64,000 nt of DNA, from assembly GCA_041649175.1 (NCBI GenBank), contig JBAZNR010000002.1, forward strand, positions 47,149-111,148, written 5' to 3'. The notes under the pieces are model-generated. The model searched no databases. It was not told where the DNA came from and saw only the letters and a list, made by a program, of their open reading frames with translations. Source of the DNA: Candidatus Omnitrophota bacterium (GTDB lineage: Bacteria > Omnitrophota > Gorgyraeia > Zapsychrales > JBAZNR01). Positions 38,114-47,826 of the stretch are shown here, one piece after another; the stretch's first letter is position 1, and the number at the start of each line of letters is the position of its first letter. A program made the position numbers and the translations under genes.

Positions 38114-39475
38114 ATGGCAAAAATCTGTATCATTGGCGGCGGAATAAGCGGTTTGGCAGTTTTGCATTATTTAAAACAGAAATATGCCTCGCGCGCTGAT
38201 ATTGATATTCAATTGTTGGAAAAGAATGATACGCTTGGCGGAACCATTAAAAGCATTCGCCACGATGACGTTTTATTCGAGACCGGCCCCAACGGTTTTC
38301 TTTCCTCGAAGCCCCGCACCTTAGAATTTATCAAAGAATTAGGATTATCGGACGAACTCGTCAGCGCGGATAAACAATCCGAAGAGCGCTTTTTGCTTTC
38401 CAAAGGAAAACTCCACGCGCTTCCTAAAAATCCGGCCACTTTTTTGAAATTCAAACTTCTATCTTCGTTAGAAAAACTTCGTATTCCCTTGGAATATTTT
38501 ATCGCCAAAGGAGCTGATCCGGTTGAAAGCGTTTATGATTTCGGAAAAAGGCGTTTGGGAAAACGTTTTGCGCAAGTTTTTCTGGACCCGATGTGCGCCG
38601 GGATCTTCGGCGGGGAAGCGCAAAATCTAAATTTGAAACTCGCCTTTCCGCGTATTTATGAGATCGAACAAACCTACGGTTCTTTGATCAAGGGGATGAT
38701 CGCTTTAAAAAAGAAAAAAAGCGAAAAGCATTACAATGTTGAGCCCAAAGGAACCTTAACTTCCTTTCGCCGCGGAATGTCGCAGCTCATTGAGGTTTTG
38801 AGCGCGCGCTATCAAAATTCCATTGTGACGGGTTGCGAAATCGATTTTATTAATAAGGTTGGCGGCAGTTTTGTTATTCGCGCAAAAAACCAGAATCTTT
38901 TAGCTGACGAAGTTTATATGTCCGTACCCGCCGCGGCCGCGGCGAAGATGGCCAATTCTTTAAGCCCGTCTTTGGCGGGCAGTTTGCGTTGTGTTTTTTA
39001 CGCGCCGATGACGGTTGCGGGGTTGGTGTACAGGCGTTCGGATTTTGAAATCCTGCCATTTGGTTTTGGTTATTTAACTTCTTCTTTGGAACGTCGCGAT
39101 ATTTTGGGGGTTTTATTCGATAGCAATATTTTCCCCAATCGCGCCGGAAGTGAATATTTTTCCTGCCGGGTGATGATGGGCGGAGCGAGAAATCCGTCGA
39201 TGATCAGTGAGTCAAAAGAAAAGTTGCTCAACCTGGCCAAAGAGGAAATAAAGAATATTCTTAAAGTCCGCCAAGAACCGGTCAAAGAATTTTTTGCAAG
39301 TTTTCCCAGCGCCATTCCTCAATACGATAAAGCGTATGTTCAGGTCAGGGAAAACATCATCAATGAATCGTTAAAAATAAGCCGCTTACATCTTGCCGCT
39401 AATTATTTGGGCGGGATTTCTCTTAATGACTGCGTTGAAAATGCGTATCAAACGGTTCAACAAAGTAAGTTTTAA
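38114..39475 (+). CDS. hemY: protoporphyrinogen/coproporphyrinogen oxidase (HemY-type FAD amine-oxidase fold)
   Basis: 453 aa. FAD dinucleotide motif ICIIGGGISGLAV plus C-terminal HemY-type motifs. Confidence 0.82.
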   Translation: MAKICIIGGGISGLAVLHYLKQKYASRADIDIQLLEKNDTLGGTIKSIRHDDVLFETGPNGFLSSKPRTLEFIKELGLSDELVSADKQSEERFLLSKGKLHALPKNPATFLKFKLLSSLEKLRIPLEYFIAKGADPVESVYDFGKRRLGKRFAQVFLDPMCAGIFGGEAQNLNLKLAFPRIYEIEQTYGSLIKGMIALKKKKSEKHYNVEPKGTLTSFRRGMSQLIEVLSARYQNSIVTGCEIDFINKVGGSFVIRAKNQNLLADEVYMSVPAAAAAKMANSLSPSLAGSLRCVFYAPMTVAGLVYRRSDFEILPFGFGYLTSSLERRDILGVLFDSNIFPNRAGSEYFSCRVMMGGARNPSMISESKEKLLNLAKEEIKNILKVRQEPVKEFFASFPSAIPQYDKAYVQVRENIINESLKISRLHLAANYLGGISLNDCVENAYQTVQQSKF

Positions 39476-39538
39476 ATAATAAATTAATCTTTGTTTCTTT
39501 TTAAGTTTTTGCTATGATGGCTCGAATTTAAAAACACC

Positions 39539-40234
39539 ATGAAACCACATTTCCTTATTATTCTATTCTTTGTCTTGATCGCAGCCTGTGAACCGGCCGC
39601 GCCTAAAGAACGCCGCTATACGGAAATAACTGTTTCTCCGGAAATTTCCATGGCGCAGGATCCGCACGCGTTTTTAAACGAAATGCCTGAAGATCCGCAC
39701 GCGTTTCTCAAAAACATGCCGCAGGATCAAGATCCGCACGCTTTTTTAAATCAAATGCCGATGGGCGATCTGCCGGTAGCTGATCCTAAGCAAGATGATC
39801 TAAGCTGGGATGTTCCCGACGGCTGGAGTGAAAAACCGGCCAGCGGTATGCGGCTTGCGACATTGGTTGATGCGGATACAAAAGATCCTATTGATTGCAG
39901 CATTGTTTCCTTAGGCGGACAGGCCGGCGGCCTTCAGGCTAATGTCCAGCGTTGGATGAAACAGATCAATGTCTCGGTGTCTTCACCGGAAGAATTAGAT
40001 AAATTTTTAGCGAAAAGTGAAACGGTAAAAGGCGCAGAATTATCCGCGAGCGTCATTGACCTTACTTTATTGCAATCCTCGGGTGATGCGGCTTTACCCT
40101 CAATGATCGCCGCGATCGTTACCACAAACGAAAAAACTTATTTTGTCAAAATGGCCGGATCAAAATCGGCTGTCGAAAAAAACAAAAGCGCATTTACAGC
40201 GCTTCTTAAATCCCTCAAGCTCAAAGCAAAGTAG
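39539..40234 (+). CDS. lipoprotein with three tandem DPHAFL(N/K)xMP repeats
   Basis: 231 aa. Lipobox LIAAC. Repeats DPHAFLNEMPE / DPHAFLKNMPQDQ / DPHAFLNQMPM are encoded by 33-39 nt tandem DNA repeats at 39659-39763. Confidence 0.55.
   Translation: MKPHFLIILFFVLIAACEPAAPKERRYTEITVSPEISMAQDPHAFLNEMPEDPHAFLKNMPQDQDPHAFLNQMPMGDLPVADPKQDDLSWDVPDGWSEKPASGMRLATLVDADTKDPIDCSIVSLGGQAGGLQANVQRWMKQINVSVSSPEELDKFLAKSETVKGAELSASVIDLTLLQSSGDAALPSMIAAIVTTNEKTYFVKMAGSKSAVEKNKSAFTALLKSLKLKAK
39659..39763 (+). repeat. intragenic tandem DNA repeat (3 units, period 33-39 nt, GATCCGCACGC(G/T)TTT...ATGCC)
   Basis: Units start at 39659, 39692 and 39731. They encode the DPHAFL peptide repeats. Confidence 0.7.
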
Positions 40235-40239
40235 TTTCT

Positions 40240-41364
40240 ATGTTGGACAAAATTAAATCACTGCGCATCATGCGAACATTAAGTTCTGTTAAGTGGGCGG
40301 TTTTCTGCCTGCTGGCGCTTTTTATTTTAGTTTTTGCCGGGACAGTTTATCAGGCCGAATACGGGCTTTACTTAGCCCAAGAACGGTTTTTTAATTCCTT
40401 TGTGTTTTTGTTGTTCGGATTTTTGCCGTTTCCGGGCGCTCAGTTGGTTTTATGGATCTTGTTCGTTAACCTAACCGCCGCGGCCATTACGCGTTTTCAA
40501 TACAAATGGTCCAAAATCGGATTAACGGTCATTCATGGCGGTATATTATTGTTTTTTATTTCGGCGTTCGTCACATTTTATTATTCTTTTGAATCAAATC
40601 TGACTTTAAATGAAGGTGAGTCGTCCAACGTTTCGGCGGCCTATCACAATTGGGAAATATCGGCCTGGGAAAAAGCCACAGGAAAGAAAAGCGTTATCGC
40701 TTATGATGCCGATCATTTAAATTCAAACGCGGTTTTGCGCTTTGATGATCTTGGTTTTTCGCTGACGGTAAAAAATTATTATCCGAATAGCGCCGCTTTT
40801 AGCGAATCGGATAAAAAAGATGCTGTGCGAAATAGTTCGGGGATCAGTATTTTAGAAGAGCGTCCCGTTGATCATGATCCGGTAAAAAATATTCCAAGCG
40901 GCAAGTTTGTTTTAACACAGGCGAATTCGCCAAGCCAAGATATTATTTTGTTTGGCGGCGACATGTTACCGACGCAGATCACCGCTGGCGCAAAGCACTA
41001 TGAACTTGTGCTTCGCCGGAAGCGATTTGAATTGCCGTTCGCTGTCAAGTTAGTCGACTTTCGCATGACCAAACATCCCAATACCGAAATGGCAAAAAGC
41101 TTTGAAAGCACGGTTGAGGTTCAAACGCCTTTAGCGTCGCGGGAGGTCATAATTTCTATGAATAATCCTTTGAGGCATAATGATTTTACTTTTTATCAGG
41201 CGTCGTATTCTATCGGGCGTAACGGCGAAGAAACATCAACCTTAGCCGTTGTCAAAAATAAAGGGCGTGTTTTGCCGTATATCGCAACGATCGTTACATT
41301 TTTAGGATTAGTTTTTCATTTTTCTGTTTCTTTGTATCGCATGCGCGCAAAGGATCCGGCATGA
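40240..41364 (+). CDS. ccsB: cytochrome c biogenesis protein CcsB/ResB (system II), short form
   Basis: 374 aa. N-terminal TM helices, periplasmic domain, C-terminal TM and FYQASYS-like ResB motif. Translationally coupled to ccsA (ATGA overlap). Confidence 0.78.
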   Translation: MLDKIKSLRIMRTLSSVKWAVFCLLALFILVFAGTVYQAEYGLYLAQERFFNSFVFLLFGFLPFPGAQLVLWILFVNLTAAAITRFQYKWSKIGLTVIHGGILLFFISAFVTFYYSFESNLTLNEGESSNVSAAYHNWEISAWEKATGKKSVIAYDADHLNSNAVLRFDDLGFSLTVKNYYPNSAAFSESDKKDAVRNSSGISILEERPVDHDPVKNIPSGKFVLTQANSPSQDIILFGGDMLPTQITAGAKHYELVLRRKRFELPFAVKLVDFRMTKHPNTEMAKSFESTVEVQTPLASREVIISMNNPLRHNDFTFYQASYSIGRNGEETSTLAVVKNKGRVLPYIATIVTFLGLVFHFSVSLYRMRAKDPA

Positions 41365-43238
41365 AAAAAAATATTATCGCGTGTGTTTTGACCGTGGTGG
41401 CTGTTCTTAGCTTCTCTGTGTTTGCCAGCGCCGAAGAAGGGAAATTTCCGCTTCAGCAGTTCGGACGCATGGCAATTTTAGAAAGCGGACGGATCAAGCC
41501 GATCGACACATACGCGCGCCATGTTTTATTGCAATTCTCCGGAAAGACAACCTACGAGCGAAAACCTGCCTTAGCTTGGTTGGCGCGGGTTATCTTTACG
41601 CCGACACAAACGCGTGATGACAAAGTCTTCCTTATTAATAATGCCGAGATCGCACATGCTTTGGGTGTTACGGCGGAATCAAAACGCCGGTATAGTTTTG
41701 CGCAGTTGGAAAAAGGGTTTCATCAGCTTGAAATGTTGGCGGCTTCCGCTAACCAGATTGAACCAAAATCACGCAGTGTTGTTGAAAACGAGATCCTTCG
41801 CACTTTTGAAAATCTGGTGCTTTACTTAGGCCTGACGGACAGTTTCAGTTTTGCCGTACCTCACGTTGATTTTTCCATTTCCTCTGGTAATGTTGTGCGG
41901 ATGCTGCAACTTCCGGAAACACAAAAAGAATTTACTTTTCTTGAGATCGCGCTTCATTCGGATTTGATCCGTCCGGTGGCAGATAGTTTAACCGCAAAGA
42001 ATTCTTCTGATTGGACCGAGGATGAGCGGGAGATCTTCCGGATTTTGTCGAATATGTATCAATGGTCGCAGTATTTTCGTCATCTTCCGCTGATGGTTAT
42101 TCCGTCGGAAGGAAACCACGAACAAAATTGGCTAAGCCCCTGGGATGCGATGGCCCAAGAATTTCACAGCGAAAAAATCAAAAAAGAGATCATATTTTTA
42201 GCCGAGTTGACGCGTGGCTATCAGGACAAACAGCCGATCGTCTTTGATCTGGCGGCGAAGAAATTTTCTGACTCGGTGCGGCAGCGCACCAGTGATGTGC
42301 GTAGCATGCGTTATATTGACTTGGAATTATCATATAATCGCGCCGGATATTTTGTTTTTTCTCATATCTTTTATTGGTTATCGTTTTTGGCGTTTATTGC
42401 TTTTGCGGTTAATGGAAAGCTGAATTTACGCTTCGCGAGTTTCATGTTTTTGATCCTAGGATTTATTCCGCATACAGCGGGTTTGATTTTCCGTATCATT
42501 ATTCTGGGGCGTCCGCCGGTCACCAGCCTCTATGAAACCTTTGTTTTTGTTGCCTGGATGAGCGTTTTGCTCGGCATCATTATCGAGAAAGTGAATCGCA
42601 AGTGGCTCGGGAACATTGTCGGCAGTATTGCCGGTGTTTTGCTTTTGATCATTGCCGGAAAATTCAGCAGTGACGGGGACACCATGAAAATGTTAGTCGC
42701 TGTTTTAAATTCTAATTTTTGGTTAGGCATTCATGTTCCTACCATTACCATGGGCTATGCGGCGTGTTGTGTCGCCGGGATCATTGGGCACGCCTACATT
42801 ATTCAAGCGATCGCGCATCCGCAAGATACCGCACAGCTGCGTGCGACCTACAAAACACTTCTCATGTCTTTAGGGCTTGGTTTGACATTGTCTTTTTTTG
42901 GAACGATGTTAGGCGGCATTTGGGCGGATCAATCCTGGGGAAGGTTTTGGGGCTGGGACCCCAAAGAGAATGGCGCGCTTTTGATCGTTATCTGGTGCAT
43001 TATTATCTTTCACGCGCGGATTGCGAATATGTTAGACGAGTTAGGCGTGGCGGCGGCCAGCATTTTTGGCATTGTTATTGTGGCGTGGGCCTGGTTTGGC
43101 GTCAATTTATTAAGCGTTGGCCTTCATTCTTATGGGTTTACATCCGGTGTTGCGGCAGGGCTTATTGGCTATGTGGCGGCACAAGTCGTATTTTTGATCG
43201 CAGGTGTTTTCTGGGCAAGAAAAAGGTTAAAAATTTAG
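41361..43238 (+). CDS. ccsA: cytochrome c biogenesis protein CcsA/ResC (system II heme exporter/lyase) with a roughly 330-aa N-terminal periplasmic extension
   Basis: 625 aa. WWD domain WGRFWGWDPKENGALL. Conserved His residues in TM helices. Signal peptide plus a large soluble N-domain. Confidence 0.85.
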   Translation: MKKNIIACVLTVVAVLSFSVFASAEEGKFPLQQFGRMAILESGRIKPIDTYARHVLLQFSGKTTYERKPALAWLARVIFTPTQTRDDKVFLINNAEIAHALGVTAESKRRYSFAQLEKGFHQLEMLAASANQIEPKSRSVVENEILRTFENLVLYLGLTDSFSFAVPHVDFSISSGNVVRMLQLPETQKEFTFLEIALHSDLIRPVADSLTAKNSSDWTEDEREIFRILSNMYQWSQYFRHLPLMVIPSEGNHEQNWLSPWDAMAQEFHSEKIKKEIIFLAELTRGYQDKQPIVFDLAAKKFSDSVRQRTSDVRSMRYIDLELSYNRAGYFVFSHIFYWLSFLAFIAFAVNGKLNLRFASFMFLILGFIPHTAGLIFRIIILGRPPVTSLYETFVFVAWMSVLLGIIIEKVNRKWLGNIVGSIAGVLLLIIAGKFSSDGDTMKMLVAVLNSNFWLGIHVPTITMGYAACCVAGIIGHAYIIQAIAHPQDTAQLRATYKTLLMSLGLGLTLSFFGTMLGGIWADQSWGRFWGWDPKENGALLIVIWCIIIFHARIANMLDELGVAAASIFGIVIVAWAWFGVNLLSVGLHSYGFTSGVAAGLIGYVAAQVVFLIAGVFWARKRLKI

Positions 43239-43291
43239 GAATAAGTGATATAATTGGGACATTTATTAGCACTTTTTAAGTCAATTCGACT

Positions 43292-44356
43292 ATGCAGATC
43301 GTTACACTCGGAATTAACCACAAAACAGCCCCTATTGAAGTCCGCGAGAAATTTTGCTGCTCACCACAACAGCAAGAATTGCTTTTAAGCGAACTGCGCA
43401 ATAATCCTTCTGTCGCCGAAGCCTTCATCCTATCCACTTGTAATCGTCTCGAAATTTACGCGTACACCGTTAGCGCCCAGGATGCTCAGACGATCCTTAA
43501 AACGCTTTTCTCGGTCAAAAAGATCAAGTTTTCAGATATTTTGCAAAAACACTTTTACATTTATGCGGATGAAGTGGCGGTGGATCATTTCTTGCGTGTC
43601 GCGGCAGGCTTGGATTCTTTAGTGTTGGGTGAAAAGCAGATCTTAGGCCAGGTTAAGGAAGGTGTTAAGCTTGCGGCATCAAAAGGGATGCTGGGAAAAT
43701 ATTTTAACATTTTAACCAATATTGCCGTGCGCACCGGGAAAAAAGCCCAAAGTGAAACGCAGATAAGCTATGGCGGCTCGTCCATTAGTTGGGCGGCGGT
43801 TGCTTTAGGTGAAAAGATCTTAGGAAGTTTTTCCGAAAAGTCTGTCCTGATGATCGGCGCTGGAAAAATGGGCGAATTGACTGCGCAGCAAATTAAAAAT
43901 AAAGGCGCTAAAAATTTGTTTTTTATGAACCGTACGCAATCTTGTGCTAGCGCCTTGGCATCTCAGTGTCGCGGGCAAGAGGCGGCATTTTGCGATATGG
44001 AAAGAATTCTTTCAGAAATAGACATTTGTTTTTGTTCGGTGGGCGCGCCGCATTTTATTTTGGAAAAAAGCACGGTTTTTAAAGCGATGCAAAAACGAGA
44101 GAGTCGTCCGCTTGTTTTTATCGATATTTCCGTTCCGCGCAACATCGACCCGGCTTGCGGCGAGGTGAGCGGTGTTGATCTTTATCATGTGGACGACCTT
44201 GAACGCGTCGTGGATGAAAATATTCAACGTCGGACAGCGGCCGTTGATTTGGTTGAGAAAATTATCCGGCAAAAACATGCCGAGTTTTACCGCAAGATCG
44301 AGAAAATAACATCGCGGCAGTACAGCGATTATTACGAGCCCGCACGTGTTAAGTAA
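43292..44356 (+). CDS. hemA: glutamyl-tRNA reductase
   Basis: 354 aa. MQIVTLGINHKTAPIEVREKF N-terminus, catalytic Cys in LSTCNRLE, NADPH-binding GAGKMG. Confidence 0.9.
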   Translation: MQIVTLGINHKTAPIEVREKFCCSPQQQELLLSELRNNPSVAEAFILSTCNRLEIYAYTVSAQDAQTILKTLFSVKKIKFSDILQKHFYIYADEVAVDHFLRVAAGLDSLVLGEKQILGQVKEGVKLAASKGMLGKYFNILTNIAVRTGKKAQSETQISYGGSSISWAAVALGEKILGSFSEKSVLMIGAGKMGELTAQQIKNKGAKNLFFMNRTQSCASALASQCRGQEAAFCDMERILSEIDICFCSVGAPHFILEKSTVFKAMQKRESRPLVFIDISVPRNIDPACGEVSGVDLYHVDDLERVVDENIQRRTAAVDLVEKIIRQKHAEFYRKIEKITSRQYSDYYEPARVK

Positions 44357-44368
44357 AAAAGTTCTTAA

Positions 44369-45001
44369 TTGATGATGGATTTCTTTCGGCGGCTGATATC
44401 CGCAATAAGCGCGTTTGTGCATTTTGTTATTCCTCCGCGCGAGTGGCGATTTGTTGTTATCGTTCTTTTGGGAATTTTTGCTGGATTGGGTTTTTATACA
44501 CTGCGGATCTCGAATGCGGTTTCTTATCTTTCAGATCAGCCCGAAACGTGCATGAATTGCCACGTGATGTCACCGGAATATGCGACGTGGGCGCATGGCA
44601 GCCACCGCCAGCGGGCGGTTTGTACCGATTGCCATGTTCCGCATGATAACGTGATCCATAAATATTTTTTTAAAGCAAAAGACGGATTGCGGCACGCGAC
44701 GATCTTTACAATGCGTACTGAGCCGCAGGTGATCGTGATGAAGCCGGACGGAGTTACGGCGGTGCAGGAAAATTGCATTCGTTGCCACGCAAATTTACTT
44801 GATGGTGTTTCGGCTCGTGATGTGACCGGAAAGAATTATTTACACGGAGAGGGTAAGCTATGCTGGGATTGTCATCGGGAAACGCCTCATGGAACGGTTC
44901 GTAGCTTGTCATCTGTGCCGTATGCGCGTGTTCCTCAATTACCCAGCGTTATTCCGTCGTGGTTAGATGAATTCTTGCGAAAATCTCAAAATATAAAATA
45001 A
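44369..45001 (+). CDS. nrfH: cytochrome c nitrite reductase small subunit NrfH (NapC/NirT-family tetraheme quinol dehydrogenase)
   Basis: 210 aa. N-terminal TM anchor. Four CxxCH motifs: CMNCH, CTDCH, CIRCH, CWDCH. Confidence 0.9.
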   Translation: MMMDFFRRLISAISAFVHFVIPPREWRFVVIVLLGIFAGLGFYTLRISNAVSYLSDQPETCMNCHVMSPEYATWAHGSHRQRAVCTDCHVPHDNVIHKYFFKAKDGLRHATIFTMRTEPQVIVMKPDGVTAVQENCIRCHANLLDGVSARDVTGKNYLHGEGKLCWDCHRETPHGTVRSLSSVPYARVPQLPSVIPSWLDEFLRKSQNIK

Positions 45002-45010
45002 AGGGCGGCT

Positions 45011-46483
45011 ATGAAAAAAATCAATGATTTGATCAGCGAAAAACCTTGGATCGGATGGGTTATTTTCTTGGTGACGATTGCGGTTGTTTTCGCGCTCGGG
45101 CTTTTGGCATCCTCCATTATGGAGCGGCGCACCGAAGCTAAGCTCGCGTTTCAAGTTGCAAAGCCGATTCCCGAATGGGAACCGCGTAATGAAATTTGGG
45201 GTGAAAATTTTCCTCGTCAATTTGAGCGTTATCAAAGTACGAAGGAAAGCGATTTTGCCAGCCGTCACGGCGGAAGCGTTGAAATCGACAGTTTAGAACG
45301 CGATCCACGTATGATCGTTTTATGGGCGGGATATGCGTTCGCGCGCGACTATAATCAAGGCCGAGGACATTATAATGCCATTACAGATATTCGAAAAACT
45401 TTAAGAACCGGTGTCGCTCAGCCCGGAACATGCTGGACATGTAAAAGCACCGATGTTCCGCGCCTCATGAAAGATTTGGGTGTGGCACAATTTTACAAAA
45501 AGAAATGGTCGGATCTTGGCTCCGAAGTTGTGAATCCTATCGGCTGTCAGGATTGTCATGATCCCAAAACGATGAATTTGCGCATCACACGCCCGGCCTT
45601 GGCGGAAGCGCTTGAGCGGCAAGGAAAAGATGTAAAAAAAGCAACGCATCAAGAAATGCGTTCGCTTGTTTGCGCGCAGTGTCATGTGGAATATTATTTT
45701 AAAGGTGATGAAAAATATTTAACCTTTCCTTGGGATCAGGGACTGACCGCTGAAAATATTGAAAAATATTACGACCAGTACGATCATGTGGATTGGGTTC
45801 ATGCGCTTAGCAAAACGCCAATGCTAAAAGCTCAACATCCGGATTACGAATTATGGGCGTTAGGCGTGCATGCTCAGCGCGGTGTTGCGTGCGCCGATTG
45901 TCATATGCCGTATCGCAGTGAAGGCGGCGTGAAATTCACTGATCACAAAATTCAAAGCCCTCTTAATAATATCGCGAATTCTTGCCAAGTTTGTCATCGG
46001 GAAAGCGAAGAAACGCTTCGTCAGAATGTTTTTGAACGCCAGGATAAGGTTTTAGAATTGCGGCTCCAGGCGGAAGATGCGTTGGTGAACGCGCATATCG
46101 AGGCTAAAGCGGCTTGGGAAAGCGGCGCGACCGAAGAAGAGATGAAGCCGATCTTAAAGCTTATTCGCCAGGCGCAGTGGCGTTGGGATTATGCGACCGC
46201 AAGCCATGGCGCGAGTTTTCACGCGCCTTTGGAGGTTTCGCGGATCTTAGGCGGAGCGACGCAAAAAGCGGGTGAGGCGCGTGTCTTATTGGCGCGTGTC
46301 TTAGCGGCGCACGGAATTCAAACGCCGATTGCAATGCCGGATATTTCTACAAAAGAAAAGGCGCAATCGTTTATTGGCCTGGACATGAGTAAGCTTAAAG
46401 CTGAAAAAGAAGAATTTATGAAAAATGTTTTGCCCGAGTGGGACCAAAAAGCCAAAGAACGGCAAGAAAAGATGACGCCATAA
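45011..46483 (+). CDS. nrfA: ammonia-forming cytochrome c nitrite reductase, pentaheme catalytic subunit NrfA
   Basis: 490 aa. Active-site CxxCK (CWTCK) plus four CxxCH motifs (CQDCH, CAQCH, CADCH, CQVCH). Signal-anchor N-terminus. Confidence 0.92.
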   Translation: MKKINDLISEKPWIGWVIFLVTIAVVFALGLLASSIMERRTEAKLAFQVAKPIPEWEPRNEIWGENFPRQFERYQSTKESDFASRHGGSVEIDSLERDPRMIVLWAGYAFARDYNQGRGHYNAITDIRKTLRTGVAQPGTCWTCKSTDVPRLMKDLGVAQFYKKKWSDLGSEVVNPIGCQDCHDPKTMNLRITRPALAEALERQGKDVKKATHQEMRSLVCAQCHVEYYFKGDEKYLTFPWDQGLTAENIEKYYDQYDHVDWVHALSKTPMLKAQHPDYELWALGVHAQRGVACADCHMPYRSEGGVKFTDHKIQSPLNNIANSCQVCHRESEETLRQNVFERQDKVLELRLQAEDALVNAHIEAKAAWESGATEEEMKPILKLIRQAQWRWDYATASHGASFHAPLEVSRILGGATQKAGEARVLLARVLAAHGIQTPIAMPDISTKEKAQSFIGLDMSKLKAEKEEFMKNVLPEWDQKAKERQEKMTP

Positions 46484-47814
46484 TGTTGCCAGAAATTATT
46501 TACCAATATCCGTATTTTTTTATTGGCGTAATTGCTATTTTAGTCAATATTCCGATGGGTTATCTTCGGGAAGGCTGCGCAAAATTCTCGCTGGCGTGGT
46601 TTTTCTGGATCCATGCCTCTATTCCGATCCTTATCTATTTGCGTTGGACGCTTCACACGTCAAAGCTTTTTATCCCTGTTGCCATTATGTTTGCCATCGT
46701 CGGGCAGATCGTCGGTAGCCGTTATCGGCGCAAAAAAATGCCGCAGGCCGAGCATGACGCTCTCGAGCAAATCTCTGATCTGCGTCTTATGAAAAATGCC
46801 GGTTGTTCGGCGGGGGATGCGGATATTCAAGTTGTCTTGCTTAACATGGGCGGGCCGCAGGAAAATAAAGATGTTCCGGATTTCTTAAAAAGGCTTTTTT
46901 TGGATGTGCGGCTTATCCGATTTCCGCTGGCGTTTTTATTACAGCCTTTGTTCGCAAATTTACTTGTATTCTTTAGAGCCAAAGCCGCGCAACATCGTTA
47001 TCAGTTGATCGGCGGCGGAAGCCCGATTCTAAGATCAACCATGCAGCAGGCGGCGGCGCTGCAGGCTGAATTGAAGAAACGCGGGCGAAATTTGAATGTC
47101 ACGATCTGTTTTAACTATAGCTATCCGCTTCCATCCGATACAGTGGAAGAAATAAAGCTTTCAAATAAGAAATTTGTTTTACCGGTGAGTTTGTATCCGC
47201 ATTATTCCGAGGCAACGACCGGTTCCAGCGTTTATTTCCTACAAAAGGAAGCGGCACAGAAAATTCCGGATGTTCGGTTTTTAGATGCGGATTCTTATTA
47301 TTTAAACGATTCCTACATTCAGGCATTTGCCGATCGTATCCGTCAGCAAATAAAGCCGAATGAATCTTTAAGTGATTTTTATCTTTTGTTTTCGGCGCAC
47401 GGGTTACCGCTTTATTTTCTAAAGGAAGGCGATGTTTATCCTTTTCAAATCGCTCAAACGGTCGCTAAAGTTATAAATTCTTTAGGCCGGCAAGACGCGT
47501 GGAGCATTTCCTATCAAAGCGCGGTTGGGCCGCTTGTTTGGTTAAAGCCATCGACGGAAAGCATGATTTCCGCTTTGGCTAAGCGCGGTGTGAAGAAGCT
47601 TCTGGTTGTTCCTATTTCTTTTGTGACGGATCATATCGAAACTCTTTGCGAGATCGATATAGAATATCGAACAATGGCTAAAGAATTAGGGATCAAAGAT
47701 TTCCGGATGAGCAAGGCTTTAGAGTCGCATCCGGGATTTATATCCGCTTTAGCGGATAGTGCGGAATCGGCGTTACGTTATCAACAAAAACAACGCGAGT
47801 GTTCTCGCGTTTGA
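46483..47814 (+). CDS. hemH: ferrochelatase with a roughly 100-aa N-terminal polytopic membrane extension
   Basis: ATG at 46483 overlaps the nrfA stop (TAATG). N-terminus has 3 predicted TM helices, followed by the ferrochelatase signature VVLLNMGGPQ and a C-terminal HIETL region. Confidence 0.85.
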   Translation: MLPEIIYQYPYFFIGVIAILVNIPMGYLREGCAKFSLAWFFWIHASIPILIYLRWTLHTSKLFIPVAIMFAIVGQIVGSRYRRKKMPQAEHDALEQISDLRLMKNAGCSAGDADIQVVLLNMGGPQENKDVPDFLKRLFLDVRLIRFPLAFLLQPLFANLLVFFRAKAAQHRYQLIGGGSPILRSTMQQAAALQAELKKRGRNLNVTICFNYSYPLPSDTVEEIKLSNKKFVLPVSLYPHYSEATTGSSVYFLQKEAAQKIPDVRFLDADSYYLNDSYIQAFADRIRQQIKPNESLSDFYLLFSAHGLPLYFLKEGDVYPFQIAQTVAKVINSLGRQDAWSISYQSAVGPLVWLKPSTESMISALAKRGVKKLLVVPISFVTDHIETLCEIDIEYRTMAKELGIKDFRMSKALESHPGFISALADSAESALRYQQKQRECSRV

Positions 47815-47826
47815 AATAAAGGAGCT

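Noticed and set aside
42719-43279. 186-aa Cys/Arg-rich + strand ORF overlapping the 3' half of ccsA
   Set aside because: It is an alternative frame of a gene with a clear CcsA WWD domain. Its composition (R, C, W-rich) is typical of an out-of-frame read through GC-rich TM-coding sequence.
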